The notes: generated by a model not told the origin, from the letters alone. A DNA stretch of 64,000 nt from Acidobacteriota bacterium (GCA_029263315.1 JAJCXR010000055.1:124195-188194), one strand, 5' to 3'; positions 8,344 through 18,050 are shown, counted from the first letter of the stretch. Translations and numbers: made by a program.

Positions 8344-10464
8344 ATGGGCCTGGCTTGGCTGGTCGTCATGGTTGTTTCAGTGTGGGCGATGCCTGCCCTG
8401 GGGGCGGAGGAGCATGGGCTCGAACCTTCTCCGGCGTCGCCGGGGGAAACAGCCGATGAGCTGGAGACGGAGGTGGCGTTGCTGGCTCAGATCGGCCGTT
8501 GCTTCTCGCCCAGTTTTTCTCCGGACGGAGAGCGCCTGGCTTTTGTTTCCGACCTCAATGGCATCCCACAGGTATGGACGATTCCCACCCGCGGTGGGTT
8601 TCCCTCCCTGGTGACCAGTCTGCAAGATCAAGTAGGAGAGGTGCATTGGTCGCCCCAAGGGGAGACCTTAGCTTTCAGCTTGGCGCCCGGTGGCGGCATG
8701 AATCAGCAGGTTTACCGTATCGAAGCCGACGGCTCGGGCCTTGAGCGGCTCACCGCCGGAGGGCGGGACAACAACTGGCTAGGGACCTTCGACGACTCGG
8801 GCAAATGGCTCAGTTGGTCGTCCAACGTCGCGGACCCGAGCTCCATGGACGTCTGGCTCTACGACCTGACGGCTGGCCAAGGGCGCCTGGTGGTGGACAA
8901 CGAAGGCATCGGTCGGCTGGTGGATCTGGATCTTGTCGGCGGCCGCGGTGTGGTCTATCGCATGGTGAACCGGGGTGATGACAACCTCTATTTGGTGGAC
9001 TTCGAGGCGTCGTCCGAGACCTTGCTGACGCCCCACCAGGGACCGGGTAGTTTTGGCGGCGGCACCTTTTCGGCCGATGGCCGGACGGTATATATGACGT
9101 CCAATGCCGAGCGCGATCTGTCGGCCTTTGCCAGGGTCCGTCTCGACGCCGCCGGCCAACCGGGTCCCATCGAAGTGTTAGTGGCCAGGGACGATGCCGA
9201 GCTCGAGGGTTTCGAGATTTCCCACGACGGTGATATCGCCGCCTTGATTTGGAATCAAGCAGGACGCAACGAGCTCGAAATGCTGGACTTGGCTACGTTG
9301 AAGCCGTTGCCGTCGCCGCAGATGCCGGCGCAGATGATCAACGGTCTGACCTTCTCAGCGGACGATCGGCGGCTGGCAATGGTGCTCAGTGGAGCCTCTG
9401 CGCCGCTCGACATTTGGGTATTGGAGTTGGCCAGCCAAGAGCTCTGGCAAGTCACCCGCAGCCCCCATCCGGGCATCGATCTCGATCGTCTGGTGCAACC
9501 TGAGCTGGTGCGGTACCCGGCCCACGATGGGCTCGAGCTCTCCGCCTGGCTCTATCGGCCGCTCGGCGTTCAGGGGTCGGCGCCGTTTGTCCTAAGCTTC
9601 CACGGTGGGCCCGAGGGGCAGGAACGGCCCCGCTTCAACAGTGTCTACCAAGCCTTGGTGCAGCGTGGCATCGGCGTCTTGGCGCCGAATGTCCGGGGTT
9701 CGTCGGGTTTTGGCAAGCGCTTCGTCAATCTCGACAACGGTGCCCTGCGTTTCGACGGCATCAAGGACATCGAGGCGTCGACGAATTACCTCATCGATCA
9801 TCACCACAGTGAGGTCGGGCAGCTCGGCATCATGGGCGGCTCCTACGGCGGCTACATGACCATGGCCGGTTTGGCGTGGTATCCCGACCTCTTCGCGGCC
9901 GGTGTCAATCTATTCGGAGTGGTCAACTTCGAGACCTTCTTTGCGCAGACGGAGCCCTGGATGGCCGCCGTCTCGAAAGTCGAATACGGTGATCCCGAGA
10001 CCCAGGCCGATCTTTTGCGCCGGCTCTCGCCCATCCATTATCTCGATGCGGTCAAAACGCCCACCTTGGTGGTGCACGGCGCCAACGACACCAATGTTCC
10101 AGTGGTGGAGGCAGAGCAGGTGGTCGATCATCTGGAGAAGCGCGGAATTCCGGTGAGCTACGTGCTCTTCCCCGACGAAGGCCACGGCTTCCGCAAAACC
10201 GCCAATCGGCTGCGCATGGCGGTGGAGATCGTGCGCTGGTTCGAGACTTACTTGGTACGCCGCCAACCCCAAAACCCGAGCAGCAGCAGCATGGCACCAC
10301 CGCCCGCGACCTTCCATCCCCAGGTCGATGCACCGGCCGCCGCTTCCGGCGACACCCTCAGGTCCCCATTGCCCAGCAGACTGACCCCGGCCCAGGCGGC
10401 GGTGGGAAGCCCCTTGGCGATGGCCTCCCGCCGGGCGGATCGCAGGGCGGCGGCGGCGCTTTGA
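8344..10464 (+). CDS. Prolyl oligopeptidase family (S9) serine peptidase with an N-terminal TolB-like beta-propeller
   Basis: Catalytic region GIMGGSYGGYM (Ser), HGANDTNV (Asp) and DEGHGF (His). The ORF is open from 8095, but the likely start is the Met before the signal peptide MGLAWLVVMVVSVWAMPALGA (ATG at 8344). The 3' ~70 codons after the DEGHGF catalytic-His motif are low-complexity and overlap the convergent CHAT gene by 217 bp. Confidence 0.8.
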   Translation: MGLAWLVVMVVSVWAMPALGAEEHGLEPSPASPGETADELETEVALLAQIGRCFSPSFSPDGERLAFVSDLNGIPQVWTIPTRGGFPSLVTSLQDQVGEVHWSPQGETLAFSLAPGGGMNQQVYRIEADGSGLERLTAGGRDNNWLGTFDDSGKWLSWSSNVADPSSMDVWLYDLTAGQGRLVVDNEGIGRLVDLDLVGGRGVVYRMVNRGDDNLYLVDFEASSETLLTPHQGPGSFGGGTFSADGRTVYMTSNAERDLSAFARVRLDAAGQPGPIEVLVARDDAELEGFEISHDGDIAALIWNQAGRNELEMLDLATLKPLPSPQMPAQMINGLTFSADDRRLAMVLSGASAPLDIWVLELASQELWQVTRSPHPGIDLDRLVQPELVRYPAHDGLELSAWLYRPLGVQGSAPFVLSFHGGPEGQERPRFNSVYQALVQRGIGVLAPNVRGSSGFGKRFVNLDNGALRFDGIKDIEASTNYLIDHHHSEVGQLGIMGGSYGGYMTMAGLAWYPDLFAAGVNLFGVVNFETFFAQTEPWMAAVSKVEYGDPETQADLLRRLSPIHYLDAVKTPTLVVHGANDTNVPVVEAEQVVDHLEKRGIPVSYVLFPDEGHGFRKTANRLRMAVEIVRWFETYLVRRQPQNPSSSSMAPPPATFHPQVDAPAAASGDTLRSPLPSRLTPAQAAVGSPLAMASRRADRRAAAAL

Positions 10465-13103
10465 CCCGTTGCTAGATGACCGTAGAAGCTTTCGAAGAAA
10501 AAGGCGGCGTCGGCGTCCCGCAAGGGCCAACGGGAGCCGATGACACCGTGGGCTCCCGCTTCGAAGAAGGCCCGCGCCAGACTCAAGATGCCTTCGGCCC
10601 GCAGCAGCTCACCGGCGGCTGTCTGGCAAGCGGAGACCACCACCAGGCGACCTCCGAGATCGAGGTCGGCGATCTCCGGCGATCTCAGCAGGCCATCCTC
10701 TTCCAAGCCCCCGGGGGTGAGGATGAGGCAGGAACGCTCGGCCCGTTGACCGTCGGCGACCGCATGGGAGGCAAAATGAACGACACCATATTGGGCCAGG
10801 TCGTGCCCCTTGACAAAGTGCTCACTAGCCTCGGCGCCGACCACCAAGCGTCCTCCCAAGCGCCGGACGATGGCTCTGCCTTCGTGTCGTGCATGGGGCA
10901 GCTGGCCGAGATGTAGGCCCTGCAGCAGGACAGCGCTGCGGGTGGTGTCGGCATGCCGCGGAGCGGAGGGTAGCCGTGGGTCGGCGAGGGCGAGCAGCGA
11001 ACGCCGGGCGGGGGGAACCTCGTCGTGGCGCCAGCGGTGCCACAGGCTGGCGGACGGCGCCTGGACGATCTCAAAACGTTGGCCGAGGGCCGGGGCCTCC
11101 GGTTCAGCCCGCAAGGCCGCAAAGGGCAAGTGATGCAGCACTCCATCGGGCACCAGCACGAGGCGCCGGGTGGCGGCGGGGAGATCCGCCAGGGCGTCGG
11201 TCAGCAGGGCGGTGTAGAGCTGGTGTGCCACGTCGGCCTCGCTGCCGTCCCGGCGCTGCAGCAGGCCGAGAAAAATGGAGACCGACGGCGCCAGGGCCAG
11301 CGAAGGGTCGAGGGCGAAGCGTCGGCTACCCTGCGCCGTGCTGACGATGACCCAGGCGCCGCCCCCCGCCTGGCCGAAGAAGTCGATCCACAGGTCGATC
11401 TGAAAGGACAATAGCGCCTCGTCGGGCCGCAACGTCGCCTCGATCTCCCGCAGCTCGACGAAACGGGTCTCGCGGCGCTCCTTGGCGACCTCGGGGGCGG
11501 CGAGGAAACGCTCTTGGAGCTCCCAGCCGTCGAGCTCGTTGAGCAGGCGTTGACGGAGGTCGGAACCCAGGCCGGGATCGAGCAGACGCCGCTGGATGGC
11601 AGCGATGCGTTTGCGGATCCGCCGACGCTCACCTTCGGAGGTCCCAACGGTGGGGCTTCGCTCCACGCTCTCCAGCAGCACCGGCGAGCGCAGGCGCTCG
11701 ATGATGGCGAAGGCTTGGGCCAAATCCGGCGTTTCGTCTTCCAGCAGACGGCCCGCCAGCCAAGCCAGCTCCGTCGACCAGTTGCTCAGCAGCTGTGCTC
11801 GGGTGAGGGGATCTTGTTGCACCTTTCGCAAGCTTTCGATGGCGTCGAGGGCCTGGTGGCTGACCTCCAGAGCGGCCTCCCGTTCGAGGGCATGCCAGGC
11901 GGCACGCACCAGGGAGCGCCAAGCGAACACTTCGTAGAGAGGATTCTGATGTCGCTGCGCGAGATCGAGGCCCTGGCGACTCGCCGCCAGCGCCGCGGCC
12001 GGGTCTCGCTGGGCCAAGAGTCGGCCGCGCACCGAATGGCAGGAGGACTCGATGGCCACGTCGGCGATCTCCCTGGCCGCTGCAAGACAGGCCTCGATAT
12101 GGACTTTGGCGTCCTCGGGCCGACGGCTGATCAAAACCTCCGCCAGCATGCGATGGGCCCGTGCGGCGTTGATCCGGCTGCCTTCCTTGTTCGCTAAGTC
12201 GAGGGCGACCGCCGCTCGGGCCTCGAGATCCGGCAGAGCCGCCGCGTCTGGGGCCAGCTCCAACTGGCCTTGACGTGCCATGGCGATATTGAGGGCGATG
12301 CCCGCCGTGCCGTAGGCATCCTCCTGGGCCTGGCGCAGGGCCAGCAGATGCTCATAGGTGGTGATGGCGTCATGCCAGCGACCCAGCTCGAAGGCCAGCC
12401 TGCCGAGCTCGAAGAGAATCGACGATTGCAGGCGTGCCAGGTCATCTCGTTCGGCAACCAGCCCGGCGGCCCGTTGTAGATCGGCGTAGGAGCGCCCGAG
12501 GTCACCCCCGGTGTTGAGGCGATGGCTGGCGGCAAGCACCAGGGCTCGGGCCGTGGCCTCGCTGTTCGCGCCAGCTTCGGCGCTGCGTTGGGCTGCCAAC
12601 ATGTGCTCTGTCGCGGCCCGGTGTTGGCCCTGTCGCAGCAGAATGCGGTGGGCATTGGCATGGGCTAGGACCACTCCGAGGGTTTCACCGTGCCTTTCGA
12701 GCTGTGGGATGGCGGCTTCGAAGTGACGCAAGGCCGCCTCGTTGTCGCGCCCGGTGGCGAAATAGCCGAGCACCAAGCTGGGCCAGCCGTGGTCTGTATC
12801 GTCTCGGCGGCGGGTTTGCAGCGCCTCCCTCGATTGTGACCAGGCTTGGGGGTGGGTCGAACGGGAGTACTGGCGGGCGACCTGGAAGAAGCACAGGTGG
12901 CTAAGGTAGTCCTGGGGAGCGTCTAACACTTTCTGACGGCAAGCGGCGAGCTGCATCGCCGGGTCGTTTTCTTCGCCGCTGGCCCAGGCCGGTTGGAGAG
13001 TCAGCCAGGCGAGGCACACAACAAGCACCGCAGCGACGAGCCCAACTGAGGGCGCGCTGTAGCACGCAGTGTGTCGACGCAAGGCCCGGAGCTCAGAACC
13101 CAT
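10248..13103 (-). CDS. Secreted/anchored TPR-repeat protein with a C-terminal CHAT (caspase-like) peptidase domain
   Basis: CHAT landmarks: LVLVPDGVLHHLPFAALRA, His in VHFASHAVADG, Cys in LVVVSACQTAAG, and the closing GAHGVIGSRWPLRDADAAFFFESFY. The upstream part is TPR-like helical repeats. A signal/anchor follows the internal Met MGSELRALRRH... (ATG complement at 13101-13103); the ORF is open further to 13271. Confidence 0.85.
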   Translation of the reverse strand: MGSELRALRRHTACYSAPSVGLVAAVLVVCLAWLTLQPAWASGEENDPAMQLAACRQKVLDAPQDYLSHLCFFQVARQYSRSTHPQAWSQSREALQTRRRDDTDHGWPSLVLGYFATGRDNEAALRHFEAAIPQLERHGETLGVVLAHANAHRILLRQGQHRAATEHMLAAQRSAEAGANSEATARALVLAASHRLNTGGDLGRSYADLQRAAGLVAERDDLARLQSSILFELGRLAFELGRWHDAITTYEHLLALRQAQEDAYGTAGIALNIAMARQGQLELAPDAAALPDLEARAAVALDLANKEGSRINAARAHRMLAEVLISRRPEDAKVHIEACLAAAREIADVAIESSCHSVRGRLLAQRDPAAALAASRQGLDLAQRHQNPLYEVFAWRSLVRAAWHALEREAALEVSHQALDAIESLRKVQQDPLTRAQLLSNWSTELAWLAGRLLEDETPDLAQAFAIIERLRSPVLLESVERSPTVGTSEGERRRIRKRIAAIQRRLLDPGLGSDLRQRLLNELDGWELQERFLAAPEVAKERRETRFVELREIEATLRPDEALLSFQIDLWIDFFGQAGGGAWVIVSTAQGSRRFALDPSLALAPSVSIFLGLLQRRDGSEADVAHQLYTALLTDALADLPAATRRLVLVPDGVLHHLPFAALRAEPEAPALGQRFEIVQAPSASLWHRWRHDEVPPARRSLLALADPRLPSAPRHADTTRSAVLLQGLHLGQLPHARHEGRAIVRRLGGRLVVGAEASEHFVKGHDLAQYGVVHFASHAVADGQRAERSCLILTPGGLEEDGLLRSPEIADLDLGGRLVVVSACQTAAGELLRAEGILSLARAFFEAGAHGVIGSRWPLRDADAAFFFESFYGHLATGQSAAAALRSARREAIAKGLPTAAWAGVSLLGNGDLRVSPEAAAGASTWGWKVAGGGAMLLLLGFWGWRRTK

Positions 13104-13183
13104 CACCGGGCGGGACGCCCTTCGGGGCGCCCCGCCTATGGTTTCTCGGGCTGCTGCCTTGGCGGCAAAGTTGAAGGGGGTGA

Positions 13184-13735
13184 TCAGAAGGTGGTCTCCC
13201 CAGACTGCCAAACCCCAGGGCAATCCCCGTTGAAGATCGGACCCTCTTCTTCGGCTGCTGGCCCAGTGCACTTCACTAGCTCTTCGGTGGTCATGTTGCC
13301 GAGGTCGATCTGGTTGAGCGAGGTAATCGGCTGCATTCCCGCTTCGGTCTTGCGGCTCAACACGATGACGAACCTCACCGTGAGGGTTAGCCCATTATGG
13401 TTGTAGTCGTCACCCCGGACCGTCAGGCTCAACGCCTGACCAGCATTCAGGTTCTGATGAAGATCCTCGAGACGTACGCCGAGATCGTCGTAGGCTTCGA
13501 GGGTGAGCGTGCCGCCCTCACTGGTCGCGGCGACATCGGCCACGGTCAGCAATAGGAGCTGATCCGGCAGGAGGTCGTAGAACCCCGTTTTCATGGTCGA
13601 GGTCAGGACATCGGCGCTCGCCGGCAGGGATGTCAGCATGAGCAGAACGAGAAAGCACCCCGCTCCCAAAATCTTGCCTACGACGCGGTGGGGGATCAAA
13701 GATGAGGAGGAGATCGTTGCATTGGGTTGAGACAT
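13184..13735 (-). CDS. Hypothetical small secreted protein (183 aa)
   Basis: Hydrophobic signal-like segment ILGAGCFLVLLMLTSLPASA. No known motifs. Sits between the anti-sigma factor gene and the CHAT-TPR gene on the same strand. Confidence 0.4.
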   Translation of the reverse strand: MSQPNATISSSSLIPHRVVGKILGAGCFLVLLMLTSLPASADVLTSTMKTGFYDLLPDQLLLLTVADVAATSEGGTLTLEAYDDLGVRLEDLHQNLNAGQALSLTVRGDDYNHNGLTLTVRFVIVLSRKTEAGMQPITSLNQIDLGNMTTEELVKCTGPAAEEEGPIFNGDCPGVWQSGETTF

Positions 13736-13815
13736 GGCTGCTTCTCCGAAGGTAATCTGAGGTTGATCGAAGCAACAGTGGAGTTGGGGGCGCCCGTCCG
13801 TCGGAGCGAGCTCCG

Positions 13816-14535
13816 CTACTGCATCTCGGCGAAGAAGGTCGCCGAGGTGAGCCGACGACCATCGGGTAGATGGGCATCGATTTGCCAGAGGAGACGGGAG
13901 CCTGAAGGGATGGCGCTCAGCTGTTGGGCCGCGACGCGATACTCGTTGGTTCCGAGATCATCGACATCGAGTAGCACCTGCAACTGCGGCGTCAGCAGTC
14001 GCAACCGATAGCGGGCATCTTCGATCGCCGACCACCGGAGCGTAAAATCCTGCCTGGGAAGACGTTCCCCTTCGGCCAACAGGCTGACGACTTCGTCTTG
14101 CGTCGCCTGCCGGTATTGGGAGACCGATCCGGGCATCCATGGAGACTGACTGAGACCTATGCTCAGGGCCAACATGGCTGCCACCGCAAATCCGAGGCTC
14201 CATTGATGCCGCCGAACCCACGGTCGGGTGGCGACCCAAGAGGGCGTCGCGGTTTGGCGTGCGCTGACCTCAGCGTCTTCTTCCGCCCCTAGGCGTTGGT
14301 CTGCCGTGACCAGGTCGCCGAGCTCGTCGCTGAGGGCTTTGGCGATGCGCCAGGATTCCGCCATGGCTGGATTTCGAGCCGTCTCTTCGATCACTGCATG
14401 GCGTTCTTCTCGGCTCAGCTCGCCCCGTACCGCTCGCCAGATGCGTTCATCGTCGACCGTATCCAGGTCGCCGTCTTCCGCCATCGCGGAAAAGGCTCGA
14501 CGTAGCGCTTCGCTGTCTTCGGGGTTGAAGCTCAA
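13816..14535 (-). CDS. Putative anti-sigma factor (single-pass membrane protein)
   Basis: Start overlaps the stop of the upstream ECF sigma gene by 4 bp (ATGA coupling). Cytoplasmic N-terminal ~100 aa, one TM helix (SLGFAVAAMLALSIGL), then a periplasmic domain. This is the usual ECF partner architecture. Confidence 0.55.
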   Translation of the reverse strand: MSFNPEDSEALRRAFSAMAEDGDLDTVDDERIWRAVRGELSREERHAVIEETARNPAMAESWRIAKALSDELGDLVTADQRLGAEEDAEVSARQTATPSWVATRPWVRRHQWSLGFAVAAMLALSIGLSQSPWMPGSVSQYRQATQDEVVSLLAEGERLPRQDFTLRWSAIEDARYRLRLLTPQLQVLLDVDDLGTNEYRVAAQQLSAIPSGSRLLWQIDAHLPDGRRLTSATFFAEMQ

Positions 14536-15083
14536 GGCTGGATTCCCTTCTTGCGCAGACAGTGCCTTAGATTATCGAGGCCACGGAACACTAGATTCTC
14601 GGTTCGTTTTCGCTTCCATCCCAAGGTTCGGGAGGATTCTGGTACCGAGTGACCCTGCAAGTAGAGGATCACCGCCATGCGGCGTTCTTGTTTCATGAGA
14701 CCTAAACAATCTTTGATCGCCCGTCCCGTCTGGCGGGCGACCGCGTCCCGTTCCGGATCGTGGGCGTCCCTTGGTTCCACTGTGTCGTCGCTGTCCTCCA
14801 GTGGGCTCTCCCGTTGGCGGCGTAAACGACGGATTTCATCGACGAGGGCACTGTGTGCCACTCTGAACAGATAGGACGCATTGGCGGGGATCATTCCCTC
14901 ACTCTGTCTTCGCTGCATCTGCATGATCTTCATCATTGCCATTTGCACCAAGTCGTCGCGGCGATCGGACAGCCAGGCGGGACAAATACGATAGATGGCC
15001 CGCTCCAGCTTGGGCCGTAGCTCATCCAGGGAGATGCCGTCGGCCTGTCCTGTCTCGGGGTTTGCCATCGCTGGTTCCATCAT
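14532..15083 (-). CDS. ECF (sigma-70 family) RNA polymerase sigma factor
   Basis: Region-2-like DDLVQMAMMKIMQ and region-4 HTH RMAVILYLQGHSVPESSRTLGWKRKRTENLVFRGLDNLR. The ORF is open to 15572, but an ECF-sized 184-aa product starts at MMEPAMANPETG (ATGATG complement at 15078-15083). Confidence 0.75.
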   Translation of the reverse strand: MMEPAMANPETGQADGISLDELRPKLERAIYRICPAWLSDRRDDLVQMAMMKIMQMQRRQSEGMIPANASYLFRVAHSALVDEIRRLRRQRESPLEDSDDTVEPRDAHDPERDAVARQTGRAIKDCLGLMKQERRMAVILYLQGHSVPESSRTLGWKRKRTENLVFRGLDNLRHCLRKKGIQP

Positions 15084-15467
15084 GTTTGTCTTCGTTGCCC
15101 TTGGTGAATGAAGCACCCTGTGGACCAATCGCTCGGGATCTGCCGTTCCTTGGATCGACAATAACAGCCGATCGACGTTCGCCTGCGGACACCACCGTCC
15201 CGGTATCGGACATTGGGCCGTCCCGGAATGGCGGATGCCAGGGTAGGCCAGAGGGCCGTCGAGACCGGTGGCTCCATACAATAAGGCGAGAAGCCATCCC
15301 TCATCCCTTTGTCGACGGAGATTCTGCCGTCTGGAACGTCCTTTGCAAAGACCGAGGTCGATAAGACATTTTTGCAGCTCCATGCAACCACAGGCGTCTG
15401 GCGACAGGGAAGCGCATGGGGCTGTATGGGGCGAAGGTTGTGATGTGCGTGGGTTATGGTGTTGTGG

Positions 15468-15563
15468 GGCTGTAGTACTTTGCCGTAGCTCTTCGAAGCC
15501 GTAGCGCTTTGAAGCCGTTGCGCGGTGAAAGCTGTGGTGCTGTGAAGCTGTAGTGTCTTGAAA
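15468..15563. repeat. Array of 5-6 degenerate ~16-bp direct repeats (GCYGTNGYGYBNTGAA) ending 18 bp upstream of the permease start codon
   Basis: Units read directly: gccgtagctcttcgaa / gccgtagcgctttgaa / gccgttgcgcggtgaaa / gctgtggtgctgtgaa / gctgtagtgtcttgaaa, preceded by a weaker copy gctgtagtacttt. They lie in the divergent ECF-sigma / permease intergenic region. Confidence 0.5.
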
Positions 15564-15583
15564 GTTGGACATGGAGATCGGTG

Positions 15584-18001
15584 ATGTTGGGTGAGCTTCT
15601 ACGGGATGTGGGCTTGGCGGCCCGTCGCTTGATCAGGCGCCCGTTGTGGACGCTGCAGGCGGTGACTGTCTTGGCCTTGGGTTTGGGGGCGGCGCTAGCG
15701 CTGTACGGCGTCATCCATGCGGTGCTGCTGCGGCCTTTGCCCTTTGATCAGGCGCAGGAGGTGGTCAAGGTGATGCCACAACATCGCCAGACCGGTACCC
15801 TGTCGACGGTTCCCTACCGTAGTTTTGTGCGTTGGCGAGATACCGTCGACGGTTTCAGCGACATCGCGGTGTTCCGCGGCGGAATGCGGGTGCTCGATGG
15901 TGCGGAGCTCCCGGAACGGTTGTCGACGGCGGCGGTTTCGGAGGACTATTTCGACGTTTTGGGGGTCACGGCTGATCGCGGTCGGGTGTTTGTGGCGGAG
16001 GATTTTGCAGCCGGCGCCCCGCCGACGGTGGTCATTGATCGGCGGCTCTGGCGGAGCCGCTTCGGCGGCGACAAAGATGTCGTGGGCCGTCGTATTGTCC
16101 TCGACGGCGAGCCCGCGACGGTGATCGGCGTGGTGGATCGCCAATACCACGATGCCCGGGCGGATCTATTCGGCTGGAAAGCCGTGTGGGTGCCGTTGCG
16201 GGTGGACGAAGCGGTGGAGGTGGCGGCCGGTACCCATGGTTATGGGGTGGTGGCGCGGTTGGCCGATGGCGTCGACGTGACGGCGGTGGAGTCGTCCCTC
16301 GAAGCGGTGGCTCTGAACCTGGAAGCCACCTATCCCGACACCCACCGGGGCTGGGGAGTGAGCGTCCGCACGGCGCCGGATCTGCTGCTCGGTGAGGCTG
16401 AGGAACCGCTGCGCATTTTGACCGTCGCCGTCCTCCTGTTGTTGCTCATCGCTTGCTCCAATGTGGCCCACCTCTTCCTCGCCCTAGCCCCTGAGCGCCG
16501 CCGGCGGGCGGCGATTTGCCGCGCTCTGGGGGCTAGCAATTGGCAGATGTTGCGTCAGCTTTGGTGCGAGAGTCTGTGGGTATCCTGCCTGGCCGCGGTC
16601 GGCGGGCTGCTGCTGGCGCTCTGGGTCCTGGAGATCATCCCCCTGCTGGCGCCGGCCGGCACCCCGCGGCTCGATCATCTGGCGATCGGCGGCCCGGTCT
16701 TGTGGGGTGCCTTGATCCTGACCCTCGGCACGGCGTTCCTGTCGAGTCTCTTGCCGGCCCTCGGTCTGCGGCGTATGGGCGCCGAGACGTTTGCCAGTCG
16801 ACGCCACGGTCGGCCCCGCCACGGCCGTTGGTCGCGGGAGCTCTTGGTGGTCGCTGAGGTGGCCTTGGCCCTCGTCCTGGTGCTCTCCACCGGGCTCCTA
16901 CTGCGCAGCTTGTGGAGCCTGCAGGCGGTAGACCCGGGGTTCGACAGCAATAATCTATTGCTAGCCCGCATCGACCTACCGCCCTCCCGCTATGGTGACG
17001 CAGAGCAGCGGCAGGAGCTGGCCAGCCATCTCGAGACGACGTTGCGTCAGCTGCCCGAAATCGAGGACGCGGGACTGCTCTTCCAAGAACCGCCGCTCAA
17101 GGATCTGCCCCATGTCTTCCACTATTGGCTGCCCGGGTCGCCGCCACCGGAGGGCCGTCGCTACACCGCCGGATGGCTGGTCAGCGGTGGCTACCAGCGG
17201 GCCATGGGATTGCGACTGTTGGCGGGACGCTGGTTCGAGGACGACGAGCGCACCGACAACAGCACTCATTTGGTGATCAACCAGACACTGGCCCGGAGCC
17301 TCTGGCCGGACCAGGACGCGGTGGGTCGTATCTTGATGTCGGGCACCGCGGATGCCCCAAAGCAGCATCGGGTCCTCGGGGTCGTGGCGGATGTGGCCTA
17401 TGCCGGCTTGGGGACAACGCCGGAGCTGCAAATGGAGATGTATGCCCCGTGGGGTTCCGTCCAGCGGCAAGTGACCGCAGTGGTGCGGGGGCCGGGCATC
17501 ACCAGGCGACGGCAGCAAGTGGAGGACGCCATCCGGCAGATCCTCCCCGGGGCGCCCATCCTCGGCCTGGAGAGTGGCCGTGAGCTACTCGCAGCCGATC
17601 TCGTCGAGCAGCGTTTCCTCACCCAACTGCTCAGCGCCTTCGCCCTCCTCGCCTTGGTCCTGGCCGCCGCCGGGCTCCATGGGGTGCTCAGCCATGGGGT
17701 CAGCCAACGACGAGCCGAAATCGGTCTGCGCATGGCCCTGGGAGCCGATGCCAGGCAGATGGCGGGCATGATCGCCGCCCAGGGCATGCGGGCGGTGGGC
17801 CTCGGCTTGATGGTCGGTGTTGTGCTGTCCTTGGCCTTGCGCCGTCCCTTGGCGTCCCACCTGTACGGTATCGGTCCCGGAGACTTGATGACCTATGCGG
17901 TGGTCATCATGCTGTTGCTGGGCGTCGCCCTGGTGGCCAGTTGGTGGCCCGCCCGGCGCGCCGCACGCACTGACCCGGCGACGACCCTGCGGTGGGAGTA
18001 A
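15584..18001 (+). CDS. MacB/FtsX-type ABC transporter permease with duplicated FtsX domains (806 aa); no adjacent ATPase subunit
   Basis: N-terminal TM, large periplasmic domain, a four-TM bundle, then a second periplasmic domain and TM bundle (DUF214/FtsX-like pattern). GTG at 15581 and ATG at 15584 are both possible starts. Confidence 0.75.
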   Translation: MLGELLRDVGLAARRLIRRPLWTLQAVTVLALGLGAALALYGVIHAVLLRPLPFDQAQEVVKVMPQHRQTGTLSTVPYRSFVRWRDTVDGFSDIAVFRGGMRVLDGAELPERLSTAAVSEDYFDVLGVTADRGRVFVAEDFAAGAPPTVVIDRRLWRSRFGGDKDVVGRRIVLDGEPATVIGVVDRQYHDARADLFGWKAVWVPLRVDEAVEVAAGTHGYGVVARLADGVDVTAVESSLEAVALNLEATYPDTHRGWGVSVRTAPDLLLGEAEEPLRILTVAVLLLLLIACSNVAHLFLALAPERRRRAAICRALGASNWQMLRQLWCESLWVSCLAAVGGLLLALWVLEIIPLLAPAGTPRLDHLAIGGPVLWGALILTLGTAFLSSLLPALGLRRMGAETFASRRHGRPRHGRWSRELLVVAEVALALVLVLSTGLLLRSLWSLQAVDPGFDSNNLLLARIDLPPSRYGDAEQRQELASHLETTLRQLPEIEDAGLLFQEPPLKDLPHVFHYWLPGSPPPEGRRYTAGWLVSGGYQRAMGLRLLAGRWFEDDERTDNSTHLVINQTLARSLWPDQDAVGRILMSGTADAPKQHRVLGVVADVAYAGLGTTPELQMEMYAPWGSVQRQVTAVVRGPGITRRRQQVEDAIRQILPGAPILGLESGRELLAADLVEQRFLTQLLSAFALLALVLAAAGLHGVLSHGVSQRRAEIGLRMALGADARQMAGMIAAQGMRAVGLGLMVGVVLSLALRRPLASHLYGIGPGDLMTYAVVIMLLLGVALVASWWPARRAARTDPATTLRWE

Positions 18002-18050
18002 GGCACAATGTCACCGAATGGACCGCCGCCGAGTAACGTACAATGAACCT

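Noticed and set aside
15468-15563. Possibility that the 16-bp repeat array or the 12-bp array at 50701-50750 is a CRISPR array
   Set aside because: Units are contiguous with no spacers and far shorter than CRISPR repeats. No cas genes present.
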